From Stegostoma tigrinum (Eukaryota), in contig NC_081373.1 in the NCBI RefSeq assembly GCF_030684315.1, positions 14,287,097 through 14,351,096 of the forward strand: a DNA stretch of 64,000 nucleotides, written 5' to 3'. The notes beneath the pieces were generated by a model, which saw nothing but the letters and a program-made list of their open reading frames with translations, made no database searches and was not told the DNA's origin. Every line of letters begins with the position of its first letter. The stretch's first letter is position 1. The translations under genes and the position numbers were made by a program. Shown here in pieces: positions 24,700-38,935 of this stretch.

Positions 24700-27010
24700 C
24701 AGTCAAACATGGTTCTCAGTAGTAGCTGAATGTTAAGGATGCTGGTGAGCACTAGGTTGCTGTGTGTGGTGTGTTATAGGACATGCTGAGGAACTTAATT
24801 TGCTGTCCTAGCAAACCCTCTTTTTAAGGCTTGCATGTGGGTTTGTTCAAATCTCTCCATCTGTCTGTTTATCGCTGGGTAAGATGGAGATAATCTCCCT
24901 GACTGCTATTCCAGGTCCTCCCCAAACTCTTGCCACTAATTGTAGACCATTGTCATTCATGACTTGTTTGGGGCTTTTTAAACTTGACACATTTAATCCA
25001 TTTGGTCTATCATTGCTTCTACTGGTACTGACTTCACAACCATCACCTACAGCTACCTGCAGTAGGCATCCACCACTATCAGCCACATCTGTTCCTCTGC
25101 TTAGTCCTATGAAATTGACTGAATTTGCTGCCATGGTGATTGAGGGCCAAAACCAGAAGTAGCGGCCTGTTGTTGGTCAGCAGGTTGAAGTGTCTGCTGT
25201 AAAGGACTCCTTGGATGAACCTCTGGTTTCACCTTTGTTTTAATTTCAACTCCTTTCATTTCTTATCTTTCTTTCTCCTTCCCTTCCCCCCCAGGGATCC
25301 CTTGAAGGCATCCTTAGACATGTCCAAGATGTCTTGCAAATGCAAGTTTGGATCTGCCAACCTACTTAAAATCTAAGTTTTGTGACCAGGAGCATCCAAA
25401 TTATGCCAGGGTTTGCTTTTTACTACATACAGTGGTAATTCTGCACACTGGTGCCTTAAATGTACTTTCACCAATATGTAACCCTTTAGTGGCACCATTT
25501 GTTTATGTATGTCTGTAACGTAATCTTAGCAGGCTTCAACAGCAGTGCCCTTCTTCCTAAATACTTAATTCAGGAATCAGAAACATTGCTGCACCTGTGT
25601 TTGCTTCCATCTTTGTTACCATTTCCTCTAATTTGGGAAGAACCTAGAAATGATCAACTTTGTTCCATACCGACTGAATGTTTGATCAAAACTCCACTGA
25701 TTGTTGCCCTTCTGCTTCTGCATTCCCAGTCAACTCCCTGGGTGACTTGTACCTTTTATCCTGTCCTTGGGTTTGTTTCTTGTTGACTCCTCTTGTTTGG
25801 GTTATAATTGGCATTTTTGGGCAATGTAGCCCAACTGCAGATATTTTTGAAACTGGGGTTCTTAAGCTGCAATGATCCAACATATTGGAGTCCACTTGCC
25901 ATGTTGGCAGCATTGGCTGTTTGTGGTTTAACTTGCCATGTTCACAGCATTCTGCAGTTGCTACTGCTATTTTCTGAGTTTCTGCTACTCTTCCAACTCC
26001 AGGGATGTAGTCATTTCAAAAGCTGCTGTGAAATCCAAAATCCTGGTTTCCATGTCAACGTCTGTTAAATGGCTTCATGTCAAATGCCATAAACCACCTA
26101 GTCCTGCAAGGCGTTCTACAGGAACCCATCTAGATTTGTAATGTTCTGCTAATCTCTTTGGTGAAGAATGTTAGGTTCTTTGGGAGTGATGATCACCAAC
26201 CATGCAACAGTAGAAAACATGAGATTAAGGAAATCATGTATGTCCACAAAGAAATATGGAAATTTTTATAAATGGACCATGGAAAGCACTCAAGCTGGAT
26301 ACATCAGTGTGGCTTGACAGCTGCTCTTCCCGAGACACCAAGAAACTAGACAGTCACGTGAACTGGCCTTTTTATCGTACTAACAAGCCTTCCATCTTTT
26401 GTTGCTTCAGGAAAGCACCAACATAATCAAAGACCCCTCCCACCCTCTGCCATGATGCAGACAAGATAAAGGTTTGAATACATCGATGAACAGATTCAAA
26501 ACTGCTTTATTCCTGCTGTTTTCAGACTTGAATGGACCTCACCTGGTAATGTTGATCTCTCTCTCTCTCTCTCTGGCTGCATCACTATTATGCACTCTGT
26601 TCTGCTACCCTGAAGCACTTTGGTACAATCTACCTGTATACCAAACAACACTTTGTCACATTGCCACAATAGTGAAATGATAAATCAAACAAAAAAAGGG
26701 TAGCCATAAAGTGGCTGACGGACTCTCCATGTTGTACCCATTTATAAAAATGGAAATGCTTTACAATCATCATGGCTTCCACCACTTCACAATCTTTTAT
26801 TGGATTGGTCTTCTCTACTGGTTTCTCTAGTTGCATCAGACTCCCCAGAATTGCAAATGTTTAGCTCCCAACGATGCTGAAGAAAACCAGTACCGTTAAG
26901 TCTTCAGGCACACTTACTTTGTATTAAAGTATGCATTAAAATGTTCAATATGTAGAACCCAACTTCCTGACTCCCAGCTCCAAATGGGTCTGCCATTTTG
27001 TCTTCCTGCC
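24700..27010 (-). mobile_element. Decayed Gypsy-like LTR retrotransposon internal region, interrupted by a non-LTR 3' fragment (~26300-26690)
   Basis: Gag-like remnants (LMQLEKP...FHFYKWVQHGESVSHFMATL); many stops and frameshifts; LTRs not identified. Confidence 0.5.
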
Positions 27011-27559
27011 AGCAGGAATTTTTCCTGCTACTTGAGTCTGAGTCTAAGTCCAATAGCCGAGCACAACCAAAGTCCCCTAAGTGAATGTTCTTTGTGATGG
27101 TTTTGGTAATCTTCTGGGTGAGTACTAACCTTTTCAGCCTTTGGCTGTAGCTCAAGTCCCCATATGCTTGCTTCCTTTGACATTTTGTTCTAACGCAGCA
27201 TGTCTACTACAATCTCCTCCAACCCACGCTGTTTCCTAGGTCTGTGTGATGCACGTCGGCTCTTCTGAAAATGACAGTAGCCCACAGTCAGTGGGCTGTG
27301 ACTCCATCTCATCACGAGTCACTATGTTCAGGTCAAGTTATAAATCATAAGACCATGCGGTAGGCCTGTAGAAATCGAACTGGGACCAGTTTGTCATAGC
27401 TTTACAGCTACATGGTTCAAGCTAGACTGTCACTGGATGTCACCACCCCCCCCTTGTCACATGATCTACTCTCAAAATGGCAACTATGATTGTAGATTTT
27501 TCAGAAAAAAAGGTCAGGTTAATGTGTAAATACAGTAGGTTTAATCAAATGATCTCGGA

Positions 27560-28920
27560 AGACTTGCATCATAAACAAATATGTTAAAGATGGTTACTGA
27601 AGGAATTGGTTCACTCTGCGTAAAGATATATCCCATTGAGGAGTAAGGATTGTAAGAAGGGGATAAAGTGGTGATGGTCAATCAAGACAATTAAGGATAG
27701 TATCAAGTTGCAAGAAAAAATGCAATGGCCATGGTTAGTCAGAAATTGGAGAATTGGGAAATGTTAAAGTCAATAAATGACCAAAAAAAGGAGAAAATAA
27801 ATTGAGGATACATTCGTATGTAATACCAAGGTGGATATTAAAAGCTTCTTTAAATATATAAAAGCTAGAGAAGGAACGGGAAATAATAACAGGAAACCAG
27901 GGGTTCCTATGGCAACTATAGTCATGTCCCTACCCTGGAGCCAGGAGGCCTAGGTTTAAGATCTACCTGTTCCAGAGGAGTGTAATAACACCTGTGAACA
28001 TTTTGAATTAGAAAATATTTTCAATTGGATATCAGCCAGAAGACAAAAATAGTAAATCATGTCTGACAAATTTATTGTAGTACTTTGAGGAGGTAACCAG
28101 GAGGCTATAGGAGTAGCAGTGGGTGTAACATTTGGATTTTCACAAGGTGTTAGGATAGTCAATAAAACTCGTGTTGGAGGTTGTATGTTAGCATAGATAA
28201 CTGCTAGTTGGGATAAGGGAGATCTGTAATTAGTGCTATCGGGATCAGTGCTGAGCCACAATTATGCACAATTTATATTTATGACTTGGATGTGGAAAGT
28301 GATGCATTTTAGCCAGGTTTTTCAAAATTTGACAAAAATACGTGGGAAGGAACGTGGTGAAGTTGACTTGCAAATAGATATAAATAGGTGAACACTTGGC
28401 AGATGGAATACAATGTGGTGGGGGGGAGAGATATGCAGTTTGGCTGAAGAAATAGAGGAGCAGAATGTTATTTACATGGAGAAAGACTGCAGAATGCTAC
28501 AGAACAGGGATTTGGGATATGTTGCACATGAATCATGAAAAGCTAACACCCAACTTTAGTAGATAATATTGAAGGCAAATTAAATATTGGCCTCTATTTC
28601 AAAGGGAGTGGAGTGTAAAAGCAAGGAGGTTTTGTGAAAACTACATATACAAGGCAACAGTCACACCACAGTTGGAATAGTGTGAACAATTTTTGGTGCT
28701 TTATCTAAGGGAAGATATATTGGCATTGGACCCAGTCCAGAGAAGGGACATTGATTGATCACAGGTTTTGACGGATTTTCTTATCAGAAAGTCAGTTGGG
28801 CTTGTATTCATGACTTGGGGAAGAATGAGAGGCGGTTGGTTCGAAACATGCAAGATTCTAAGGGGCTGGATAGGGTAAGAGAGGATGTTTTCCCTTGAGG
28901 GAGGTAGAAACTCCAGCACT
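27560..28920 (+). mobile_element. Old CR1 LINE ORF2 fragments
   Basis: Degenerate GSVLSPQL, WQMEYN and RPQLE-CEQFW motifs. Confidence 0.7.
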
Positions 28921-29142
28921 TCACCACAAGTGCCCTATATTGTGCTTACCAAAACTTTTCCCATACGAGGCATGCACTAAGGGCACCATACTTGTAAAAT
29001 GTGGCATGCAACCAGCTGCATCAACTACTTTTCTCACACACACTCCATGAAAACAGGTATTGATGCAGTGGTCTGACTTGCTATTCACTAAAGAACTGTT
29101 GGCTGCACGGTTTTTGATCAGCTCTCTTTTCTTAGACTGAGG

Positions 29143-30135
29143 GTAGAACATAGAACATTACAGCACAGTACAGGCCCTTCGGCCCTCGATGTTGTGCCGA
29201 CCTGTCATACCGATCTGAAGCCTATCTAACCTACACTATTCCATGTACGTCCATGTGCTTGTCCGATGATGACTTAAATGTACTTAAAAGTTGGCGAATC
29301 TACTACCGTTGCAGGCAAAGCGTTCCATTCCCTTACTACTCTGAGTAAAGAAACTCCCTCTGACATCTGTCCTATATCTTTCACCCCTCAATTTAAAGCT
29401 ATGCCCCCTCGTGCTCGCTGTCACCATCCTAGGAAAAAGGCTCTCCCTATCTAACCCTCTGATTACTTTATGTTTCAATTAAGTCACCTCTCAACCTTCT
29501 CTCTAACGAAAACAGCCTCAAGTCCCTCAGCCTTTCCTCGTAAGACCTTCCCTCCATACCAGGCAACATCCTAGTAAATCTTCTCTGCACCCTTTCCAAA
29601 GCTTCCACATCCTTCTTATAATGCGGTGACCAGAACTGTACACAATACTCCAAGTGCGGCCACACTGGAGTTTTGTACAGCTGCAGCATAACCTCATGGT
29701 TCCGGAACTCGATCCCTCTATTAATAAAAGCTAAAACACTGTATGCCTTCTTAACAGCCCTGTCAACCTGGGTGGCAACTTTCAAGGATCTGTGTACATG
29801 GACACTGAGATCTCTCTGCTCATCTACACTACCAAGAATCTTACCATTAGCTCTGTACTTTCCCTTCCGGTTACTCGTATCAAAGTGCATCACCTCACAC
29901 TTGTCCGCTTTAAACTCCATTTGCCACTTCTCAGCCCAGCTCTGCAGCTTATCTATGTCTCTCTACAATCTACAGCATCCTTCGTCACTATCCACTACTC
30001 CACCAACCTTAGTGTCGTCTGCAAATTTACTAACCCATCCTCCTATGCCCTCATCCAGGTTATTTATAAAAATGACAAACAGCAGTGGACCCAACACCGA
30101 CCCTTGCGGTACACCACTAGTAACTGGTCTCCAGG
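29143..30135 (-). mobile_element. Young 5'-truncated CR1 LINE
   Basis: [33 protein letters not shown]; (TAGAACA)n tail on +. Confidence 0.95.
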
Positions 30136-30609
30136 GTGTTAACATATCCCCATCACTGTTATACATGCAGTCAGCTATGTCTCTGCATTCCAACAGCAGC
30201 AAGGAAAACAGGTGTACCTTTCTGACAGCATTGCATCTCCATTTTTCTTTCATATCCAGAATTTATCTTAACATTGAACAATTTTCTTCCAATCATCAAA
30301 TCACCTGTGGTAATTTTCATTTTTTCTTAACATCCCAAAGTATCACACACATCCAAACATTTCTCTCCATGACCAAATCACTACTTTTTGTTTTTAACTA
30401 CTCACCACCACGAGTAGATCACTTATATAACCAATTACATATTTATATACAAAGCCTGTTAGATTTCATCTATTAACCACAGCAGTAAAGGCATCTATTC
30501 ATTAACCAATGAATAACATGTACCAACTGAACCGTTCTGTCTCAAATGCATCCAATGTCAGTGATGGAGGAAGACTGCAGTTTAAATTAACTCTAAAGAG
30601 AAATAGTGG

Positions 30610-31220
30610 TGTTACAGATCAGACTAAAGCACATCAAGAAGCTAGTCTAGATGAAACTTCTATCTTACTTAAAGGCAAGTGTTAGGTGCTGTGTTCCAGA
30701 TATGATTTGATTGGCCAAACTACTAGGCTTGAAGCAAAACACACTTTATTCTTACACCACAACTAAAATACAAACAAAAAATAGAATTGGCATTACTTTA
30801 ACTCTATTGAAATACTTAGAACAATTTTTTAAAAATTACTATGCATCAACTGTTCCAATATAGCAGCATCCCATACACACACCCTTGGCAAAAGCAAATT
30901 CAGCAAAAGAGATTTATTTTGCTGTCTCCTCCAGTCCAGGATAAGGAACACCAACAGAATGAATCTAGCAGCAGGGGCAGAATTCAAGCCTTTTATGGCA
31001 GCAGAGATAGCTTCACCTCCAAAACCCCAACTTCCAACAACTGAAAGCAAAAACCAAAAACCCAGGGTCTGTGTGAGCCTGACTCCACTAACTCATTTAA
31101 AAATGAGTGATTTGTTTAATTTTATAAAAAGCCATTTACTCTGCTCTCCATGGAGCAGACACCACCATGTTTATAGCATCCACTTCAAGATTAAAAGGCA
31201 CATACGGCCACAGTTGTGAA
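30610..31220. mobile_element. Probable solo LTR
   Basis: Begins TGTTACA, ends degenerate TGTGA(A); flanked by (A)GTGG on both sides; AATAAA on - at 30745-30750. Confidence 0.45.
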
Positions 31221-32619
31221 GTGGCTACATAATTGGATGCAATTTGAGAACTACAGCTCAAAGCACAGAGAATCTGAATTAAATTTAAGAACAAAAATCA
31301 AGTGACCATGAAGCTGGTAAACTGACATAAAACCAACCTAGTTCATTAAAGACACGAGAACAAATTGCTGGAAAAGCTCAGAAAAAATCAGAGTTAACAT
31401 TTTGGGTCCAGTGACCCTGCCTAAGAACATTAGTTCATTAAAGTCCTCTTGGAAAGGAAACATGCCATTCATACCCAGTTTAAATGATATAGTGGAGGAA
31501 TGGAGATTCAAACTGGCTCAGTTGACAAGACGGTATTGCAGGGCAAATAAGTAATGCAAAGATGTAATATTATTTATTCCAAACCATGATCTATCAGGAA
31601 ACTGATAATAGCACACCGTTGTCCAGACACCTGAAAATCTGACACAGGCCCCAAGCAGAGTTACCCTGTAGCCTGATCTTGTTAAATATGTTTGCTAAAA
31701 GAGAACTCTTCTGTGTCCATCTGCAGACTTGGGAAGAACTAAATAAAAATCTGAAAAGTATGTCCTTTAAAAGTAAACATGTTTCTCTTTCTTTTGTAAT
31801 TTTTTTTCTTTGCCTGATACAATTATATCAACTGAAATAGGCTCATTCAGGTGATTGGTACACTTCCTTCAGTAAAGTGCAGCACAGCTAAATTTGACAC
31901 TGCTTCCTATTAATGTCCACACACATACTTCCGATCAGGGGTCACTACACTGCAATTAGATGAAGCTTATTTGATTTCTAACCTTGTTTATAACTGACGT
32001 GTCTGACTGCTAGCTAGCTTGGTTAAAATAAGCCAAATCCAACATACATCCGGGGCCAGACCCTTCCTTAGATCTTCTTCTAAGATCTTCTTAGCCCCTC
32101 CACTAAGCAATTATTACTCTTTAAACCTTCAGCAGTAAATATTTACTGTTGTCCACAAGGTGGCAACAAATCTCTTGTTTCACCTTCCACTATGCAGGAA
32201 CTGTTCTGGGTGCATTAACAACTCTTCCCCACTCAGCCCATGAGGACAGGAAACAATGAGAGAGGTTAATTTAGTACTGCTACTTCTTAAAATGTACTGA
32301 TCAGTGCTCATATACATTATAAAGTCTTTAAGACGATTAAAGGCACTTACAAAGCAGATAGAGATAAATTGTCTCTGTGTGAAGAAATGATTCAGGACCA
32401 CTCCATCCCCTCACCCACAACAATCAAGGTTTATTTGGAGCTTTTAAAATTCAGACTGATAGATTTTCGTTGGGTAAGTAAGTTCATGGTTAAGGAACCT
32501 AGGTGGGGTAAATGCAATTAAGGTACAGATTAGCCACAATATAACTGAATACAGGTTGGGTTGATGAGATCCCCTATGTTTCTAAATATTAAGTGAATGT
32601 ACGCATGGGACAGTGAGCT

Positions 32620-34550
32620 CTCATTGTCATAGAGTCATAGAAACGGACGCTTCGGTCCAACCAGTCCCAACCAATCGACCACGTGCCCAAACCAAACTAG
32701 TCTGACCTGCCTGCATTTGGCCCATATCCTTTCAAACCTTTCCTATTCATGAACTTATCCAACTTTCAAATGTTGTAACTGACCTGCATTCACCACTTTA
32801 TCCGGCTGTTCATTCCACATGCAAACCGTTCTCTGTGTAAAAAGATTGCCCCTCATGTCCTTTTTAAATCCTTCTCCTTTCACTTTAAAAATATGCCCCC
32901 TAGTTTTGAACTCCCCCACCCTATGGAAAGGACCTTTGCTACTCACCTTTTCTATGCCCCTCATGATATTGTAAACCTCCACAAGGTCACCTCTCAACCT
33001 TCTACGCTCCAGTTAAAACATTCCCAGCCCATCTTTATAATGTCAGAAATCACACAACACCAGATTATAGTCCAACAGGTTTATTTGAAACACAAACTTT
33101 TGGAGACCCACTCCAACTTCAGGTGTTAGTGAGGTGGTATCAGACACAAAGTATAAGTAAAAGATCGAGGAGTCACACCACTGATGAGGATGTATTAAAC
33201 AGATGCAAGATGCTGTTAAATCTTTAATCACTTAGAAGGTTTTAATTGAAGTTTTGTTTAGAATCTGTTTGTGTTTTGATTTGGAGCCAGACTGGTTTTA
33301 TTTCTACAGTAGGAATTTATAAAATGCCACTTTGACTGACTGTCTATAAATTGTGTGCTTTTTGAACAAAACAGAATGCAAATATGAACACACCCAATCG
33401 ATTTACGTGTGTGGGGGAGTGGAGAGAGACAAGAAGATGGGGAAGACAGAGCGACAGTGTGTGGTTGGGAGAGAGTGTGATTGAGATAGCGTGTGTGAGA
33501 CGGAGAGAGTGTGAATGTGTGCGCATGCGTGGAAGAGAGTGTGTGTGGGAAAGTGTGTGTCTGAGAGTGACAGACTGTGTGTGTGTGCGCGCGTGCGCGT
33601 GTGCGACACTCTCTCTCCACGCACACACACTCTATTTTGTTCAAAAAGCACATAATTCATGGACAGTGAGTCAATGTGGCGTTTTATAAATTCCCATTTT
33701 AGAAATAAACTCAGTCTGACTGCAAACCATAACACAAACAGATTCTAAACAAGGTCTCACACCTAACATGAATTGTCTGACCTAAAATGTCATCTCTTCT
33801 TTACACTGATAAAATGTTTGGTTCTTTCAGGACAGCGACTTGAAAGCAATTCAGAGATTTACCTATACAAATTAATCAATTAAAACCTTCTAAATGATTA
33901 AAGATTGAACAGCATCTTAGGTTTGTTTAATATATCCTCATCCAGTGTTGTGACCCTTTGATCTCTTATGTATAAATTCTATGTCTGATACCACTTCACT
34001 AACACCTGAGGAAGCAGCAAGGCTCCAAAATCTTGTGTTTTCCAATAAACTCGCTGGACTATAACGTGGTGTCGTGTGATTTCTGACTTTGTCCACCCCA
34101 ATCCAACACCTCCACATCATATCATCGTACCTCAAACCCTCCATTCCCGATAAATCCTGATAAATCTTTTCTGAACCCTCTCCAATTTAATAATATTCTT
34201 CCTCTAGCAGGGCAACCAGAACTGTACATAGTACTCCAGAAGAGGTTCACCAAAGTACTGTACAACCTCAACATGACATCCTACATCCTAAACTCAAAGG
34301 TCCAGACAATGAAGGCAACAGTGCTAAACTACCTTGTCTACATGGACACAAATTTCAAATAAGTATGTACCTGATCCCCTAGGTCTCTCTGTCCTACAAC
34401 ACCATTCAGGGCTCTGTCATTAACTGTAAAAATCCTGCCCTTGTCTGTTTTACCACAATGCAATACCTCACATTCATCCGAAGTAAACTCCATCTGCCTC
34501 ACCTCAGCCTACGGGGCCAACTGATTAAGATCACTTTGTAATTTTGGATC
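32620..34550 (-). mobile_element. CR1 fragment split by a palindromic insertion
   Basis: MRGDLVEVYNIMRG...FTQRTVCMWNE (32755-32997 -); resumes after ~34125. Confidence 0.85.
33042..34120. mobile_element. About 1 kb imperfect palindromic element (family C, probable PLE derivative) with GT/GA microsatellite core
   Basis: 33042-33375 inverted against 33631-34087; degenerate hammerhead core cacCTGAGGA...gtg at 34003-34037; asymmetric ~35 bp tail. Confidence 0.8.
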
Positions 34551-34991
34551 ACAAATCCCTAATGTTTTGAACATTGCTATTAAATCTCTTATAAATAATC
34601 TTCAACAAGAAAGACAGCTTTTTCAGAATCACTGTATAAAGCCCTAGTTCCTGGTACCACTGCAATAAATCTCCTCTTGTACCCTTTCCAAAGCCATGAC
34701 GTTTTTCTTAAAATTGTGGCCCAGAATTGGAAACAGCAGATTCATGCAGGTTTAGCCTTCCCTACGTTTTACTCTGTAACCCTGTGGATAAAGGCTCAAT
34801 CACTCAGATCGTAAAGCTCACAGATGGCGAAGATATTTCATTGTACAGATACATTAAAAACCCTCAAAGCAGATAGCTCAGCCTGGACTTGGAGGTGAAC
34901 TAGTGGGTCCTTGGCCTGTATGGTGCTATATCAAACTGAGTGACACATGCACAAATACAGTGGAATGGGTCCCTGCCAACCTGCAGCAGTG

Positions 34992-35353
34992 TCACCAGTC
35001 CCTCTCATGTGGCTTCCTGTACAGCAGTCCCAGGTGCTCAAAAATGTCTTGCTCAGTTGTGGTGGAAATGATTACTCCTGTGGTGAGTTTGGCACTGCCC
35101 TTCCTCAGGACGTGGTAGTTCAGCGAGTGCTCTGACAGGCTCATGCCCTTCGTCTTGGCCAAAGCCCGCATGGACCGATTAAAATGTGCAGATCCGGTAA
35201 AGTACATCAGGGCACAGGCAAACTCACTGTATGGTACCACAATGATGTCGAGCCTCCGGTGACGGTGCCCAGGACCTGGAAGCCGGCAAACTCCCAGATA
35301 CTTCTTCTGGTCCCCGCTCTCTTCCTGGCTGACCAGGTCATCTGTTAGAAATC
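34992..35353 (-). CDS. POLL: DNA polymerase lambda, last coding exon
   Basis: ttgaaag|GA TTT; [11 protein letters not shown]...[49 protein letters not shown]...YRKPHERDW*; contains the third catalytic Asp and the YFTGS motif. Confidence 0.97.
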
Positions 35354-35904
35354 CTTTCAACAACAAATTCAAGAGTCAAACATTGTCCAGAAAATATTCT
35401 GTGCTTGTGAAAATTTGAGATCTCTGTTTAAAAGCTACTCAGGAGAACCTTCAGTCAGATGTACCAAGGTTAAATACAGAATAAAGTTTCTACACTGCCC
35501 TCTTCAATCACACCCAGGACTGATACAATATTGGGTTATTTACTGAGTAAAGCCTCCTCTACGCTTTTAAACAGAAAGTAATGCATCCTCTACACTGTCC
35601 TCATTAAACACTCCCAAGGGCAGGTACAGCCTAGGGTTAGGTGCAGACTAAGCTCCTTCTACACTGCACCATCAGACACCTGCAGGGCAGCAACTGCTGG
35701 GACTTGCTCTGGACGATTTGCTCCAATGACGTACCTGAGTCCCAACCCTAAACCTTGCCCATACTGCATTAAATAGTGACATTGTAGAAACAAACAGACA
35801 ACTGCAGAACATTCAGACAGCGTTGATCTGCGCACCATCCAGGAAACTCATCAGTAGCAATTCCGAGGAATGTTGAATGATCTTTGACTTTATTTTTTCC
35901 TTTT

Positions 35905-36260
35905 CTTTATTCATTCACAGGATGAGGGCATTGCTGGCTAGGCAGCATTTATTGCCCATCTCAGTTGCTCAGGGAGCAGTTAAGAGTCAACCACTTTCCT
36001 GTGGGTCTGGAGTCACAAGTAGGCCAGACCGGGTAAGGATGGCAGTTTCCTTCCCTAAAGGACATGGGTGAACCAGATGGGTTTTTTGTGACAATCAACA
36101 AATGGATTCATGATCATCATTAGATTCTTAATTCCTGATATTTACTGAATTCAAATTCTACCATCTGCTGTGGTGGGATTCGAACCCAGGTCCCCGGAGC
36201 ATTATCTAGGTCTCTGGATTAACAGTCCGGTGATAATTTAATTAGGCCATAGTCTCCCCT
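35905..36260 (-). mobile_element. tRNA-derived SINE (family 2)
   Basis: B box GGTTCGAATCC on - (36175-36187); homology with other copies. Confidence 0.8.
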
Positions 36261-36426
36261 GAATGATCCCTGATACGTCAGGCCTGAGGCTAAACAAATG
36301 AAAGATGCATTTTTTGGGGGCGTGAGGGTAACAACAAGCTTCATGTCCATTACAGAACACTGATGATATTTTTGCTCCAAAACTCTGCCTGTATCCATTG
36401 TCCCATTTTTGTCTGAACACACTTAC

Positions 36427-36595
36427 CTGTGTCCCTCAGACCAGCAAGGATCTTACTGAAGACACCTTGGTGCGATTTTCCATCTGGATGTGTGATGAGG
36501 ATGTCTACATCACCGCAGGTGGACCTCCCACGTCGATAGGAGCCACAAGCTAAAGCAATCAGGGATGGATTGATTGACTGAGCCATGTCCCCAAC
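36427..36595 (-). CDS. POLL: DNA polymerase lambda exon (169 bp, catalytic palm)
   Basis: tccag|GTT...G|gtaagt; [24 protein letters not shown] is the X-family signature. Confidence 0.97.
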
Positions 36596-37699
36596 CTGGA
36601 AAACAAACATAAGAAATACTGCTAATGAGAGTTACTGGATCACTGCTTATACCCCTCTCAGCTCTGACACTGGATTACGGCTCATGATCCCCTCTGCTGA
36701 CAATAGATTACTGATAATCACTCGCTCACCCTCAGTTGTTTCTCCTGTTCCTTACCTTTGGCACTCTCTCTCCTCAGTCTCATGATCTTCTTCAATTCCA
36801 TCAAAGCTCCTTAACTCCTGCCTTCCCGAACGCAATTGGCAATTTCCCACAACTCCACCTTAACAGTGCTGCTAAAAGACCACTTCTGAACATATTAATG
36901 CTGAAATTTTGCAGTGAAGCCACTGACTGTAACTGTATTGTGAGGCAGCTGAAAGACTCTGAAGAGCTTCACTCAATCCTACCTACTCCATTTGACATAC
37001 AGATAGACGGTATAATCCTGTTAATTCCTTTCTCAACTCCTTACAGCCTCAGTAAGGTCCCAGTCATTGCTGGGAATAATCCTATCACGAAACAATGGCC
37101 TTTGCTCCCATCAAACTGACAACTGTTGAGTCCTCTGATTGATTTGTGCACTGAGCTCACGTTTGCTCCCTCTAATCCAGGACAGGAAGCTATTCCCTAT
37201 TTACACAGCACAGTGAAGTCAGAATGACACACTGCACCCCTTGCCACCCCTGCTGAGCAACTTTCCTTGGGTCTGATACTTCATGGCAGATGCCGTGGTT
37301 TTGAGCTTCTTGCTGTTCCCATGACAACTGCTGTGCATGTGTCAGTAAGCTCAGCAGGATTTGCCATTCACAGTGGAGTATATATCTCTATCAGAGAATT
37401 GCTTTCAACAGATTCCAGTATTGCTTTCTCTGTATTAAATACTCCTGGGTTCCCCACCAAGTTCATTTAAAACCTGACGACTCTGAGCTGCTCTTCTTTG
37501 TCTTAGGGTCACCTGTTTTGTGGGAAGGATTGGTATATTCCCTAGTCTGCAACATCAACAGCTTGAACTGATGTGTGCACCTGAGCACAAACAAAGTTCC
37601 CTGCAGGACCATCAAATAAAAGTTGACACTGAGGCAGAAAGAGTTATTTAGCCAAAGGATGGAATCAATACAAATAAGTGTGAGGCAACACTTGGTCAG

Positions 37700-38390
37700 G
37701 ACAGACAAAGCAAGGGAAATCATGATGAATGATAGAAACCTGGGATGTACTGAGGTTCATAGAGATCTTGGTCCATAAGTACCTTAAGGTGGTGGGACAG
37801 GTACATAAACTGGTTAAGAGCAGGGAGGTCATAGATTACACTTAAATGAAGGTATTGAGTGCACATTACAGAAGGGATGTAATTGCACTGGACAGGGTGC
37901 AAAGGAGATTTACCAGGATGCTGTCTGGGCTGGTGAATTTTAATTATGAAAAGAGATCGGATAGACTGGGTTTGTTTTCCTTGGGGCACAGGCTAAAGGG
38001 TGTGACGGTTGTAATATATAAAATAATGATGGGCATAGACAGCGTAGATAGGAAGGAACTTTTCCCTTTGAATGGAAGGCTCAATGACCAGGGGCACAGA
38101 TTTAAGGTAAGAGGCAGATGGTTTAGAGGGGATTGAAGAAACATCTTTTCATCCAGATGATGTTGGGAATCTGGAACTCACTGCCTGTAAGGGTAGTAGA
38201 AGGAGTAACACTCATAGATTAAGTAGTGTTTAGTTGTGCACTTGCCATGATGCCAAGGCATACAAGACTGTTGGGCAAGTGACAGAAATGGGATTAGAAG
38301 AGGATTAGAATTGTTGCTTTTGACTACTGCAGACTCGATAATCAAACGGCCTTTTTCTGTGCTGCAGACTTCTGTGGCATGATGACTATG
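37700..38390 (+). mobile_element. CR1 3' fragment
   Basis: HYRRDVIALDRVQRRFTRML...GHRFKVRG. Confidence 0.85.
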
Positions 38391-38609
38391 ACTCTATGAT
38401 CAAAAGCTTGATTGAAAGTGCAGGTTTTATGGAATGTCTTGCGAAGTAGACAGGCAGTGAGGATTATGGAGGGAGTTATAGAGTCATAAAGTCATATAGC
38501 ATGGTAACATTCCCTTTGGTCCAACCAGTCCATGCTGGCCATAATCCCAAAGTAAACTAGTCCCATCTGCCTGCACTTGGCCCATATCCCTTCAAACATT
38601 TCTTATTCA

Positions 38610-38935
38610 CTAGACTACTAATCCAAAGACCCTTTAATGTTTTGGGGACTTGGGTTCAAATCATACCAAGGCAGATAGTGAAGTTTGAATATAATATAAG
38701 ACTGGAATTAAGAAGCTAATGATGACCATGAAATAGTTGTTGATTGTTGGAAAAACCCATCTGGTTTACTGATGCCCTTTGGGGAAGGAAATCTGCCATC
38801 CTAAACTAGACTGGCCTCGCCGTGACTCCAGACCCACAGCAATGTGGTTGACTTTTAACTGCCCTCTGGGCATTAGGGATGGACAATAAACACTGGCCTG
38901 GCCAATGATGTCCCCATTCCATGAATTAAAATATA
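38610..38935 (+). mobile_element. tRNA-derived SINE (family 2), preceded by a CR1 tail at 38480-38610
   Basis: GGGTTCAAATC B-box; homology with other copies. Confidence 0.75.

Noticed and set aside
29673-30476. 267-aa plus-strand ORF
   Set aside because: Antisense frame of a CR1 RT fragment running into AT-rich flank.
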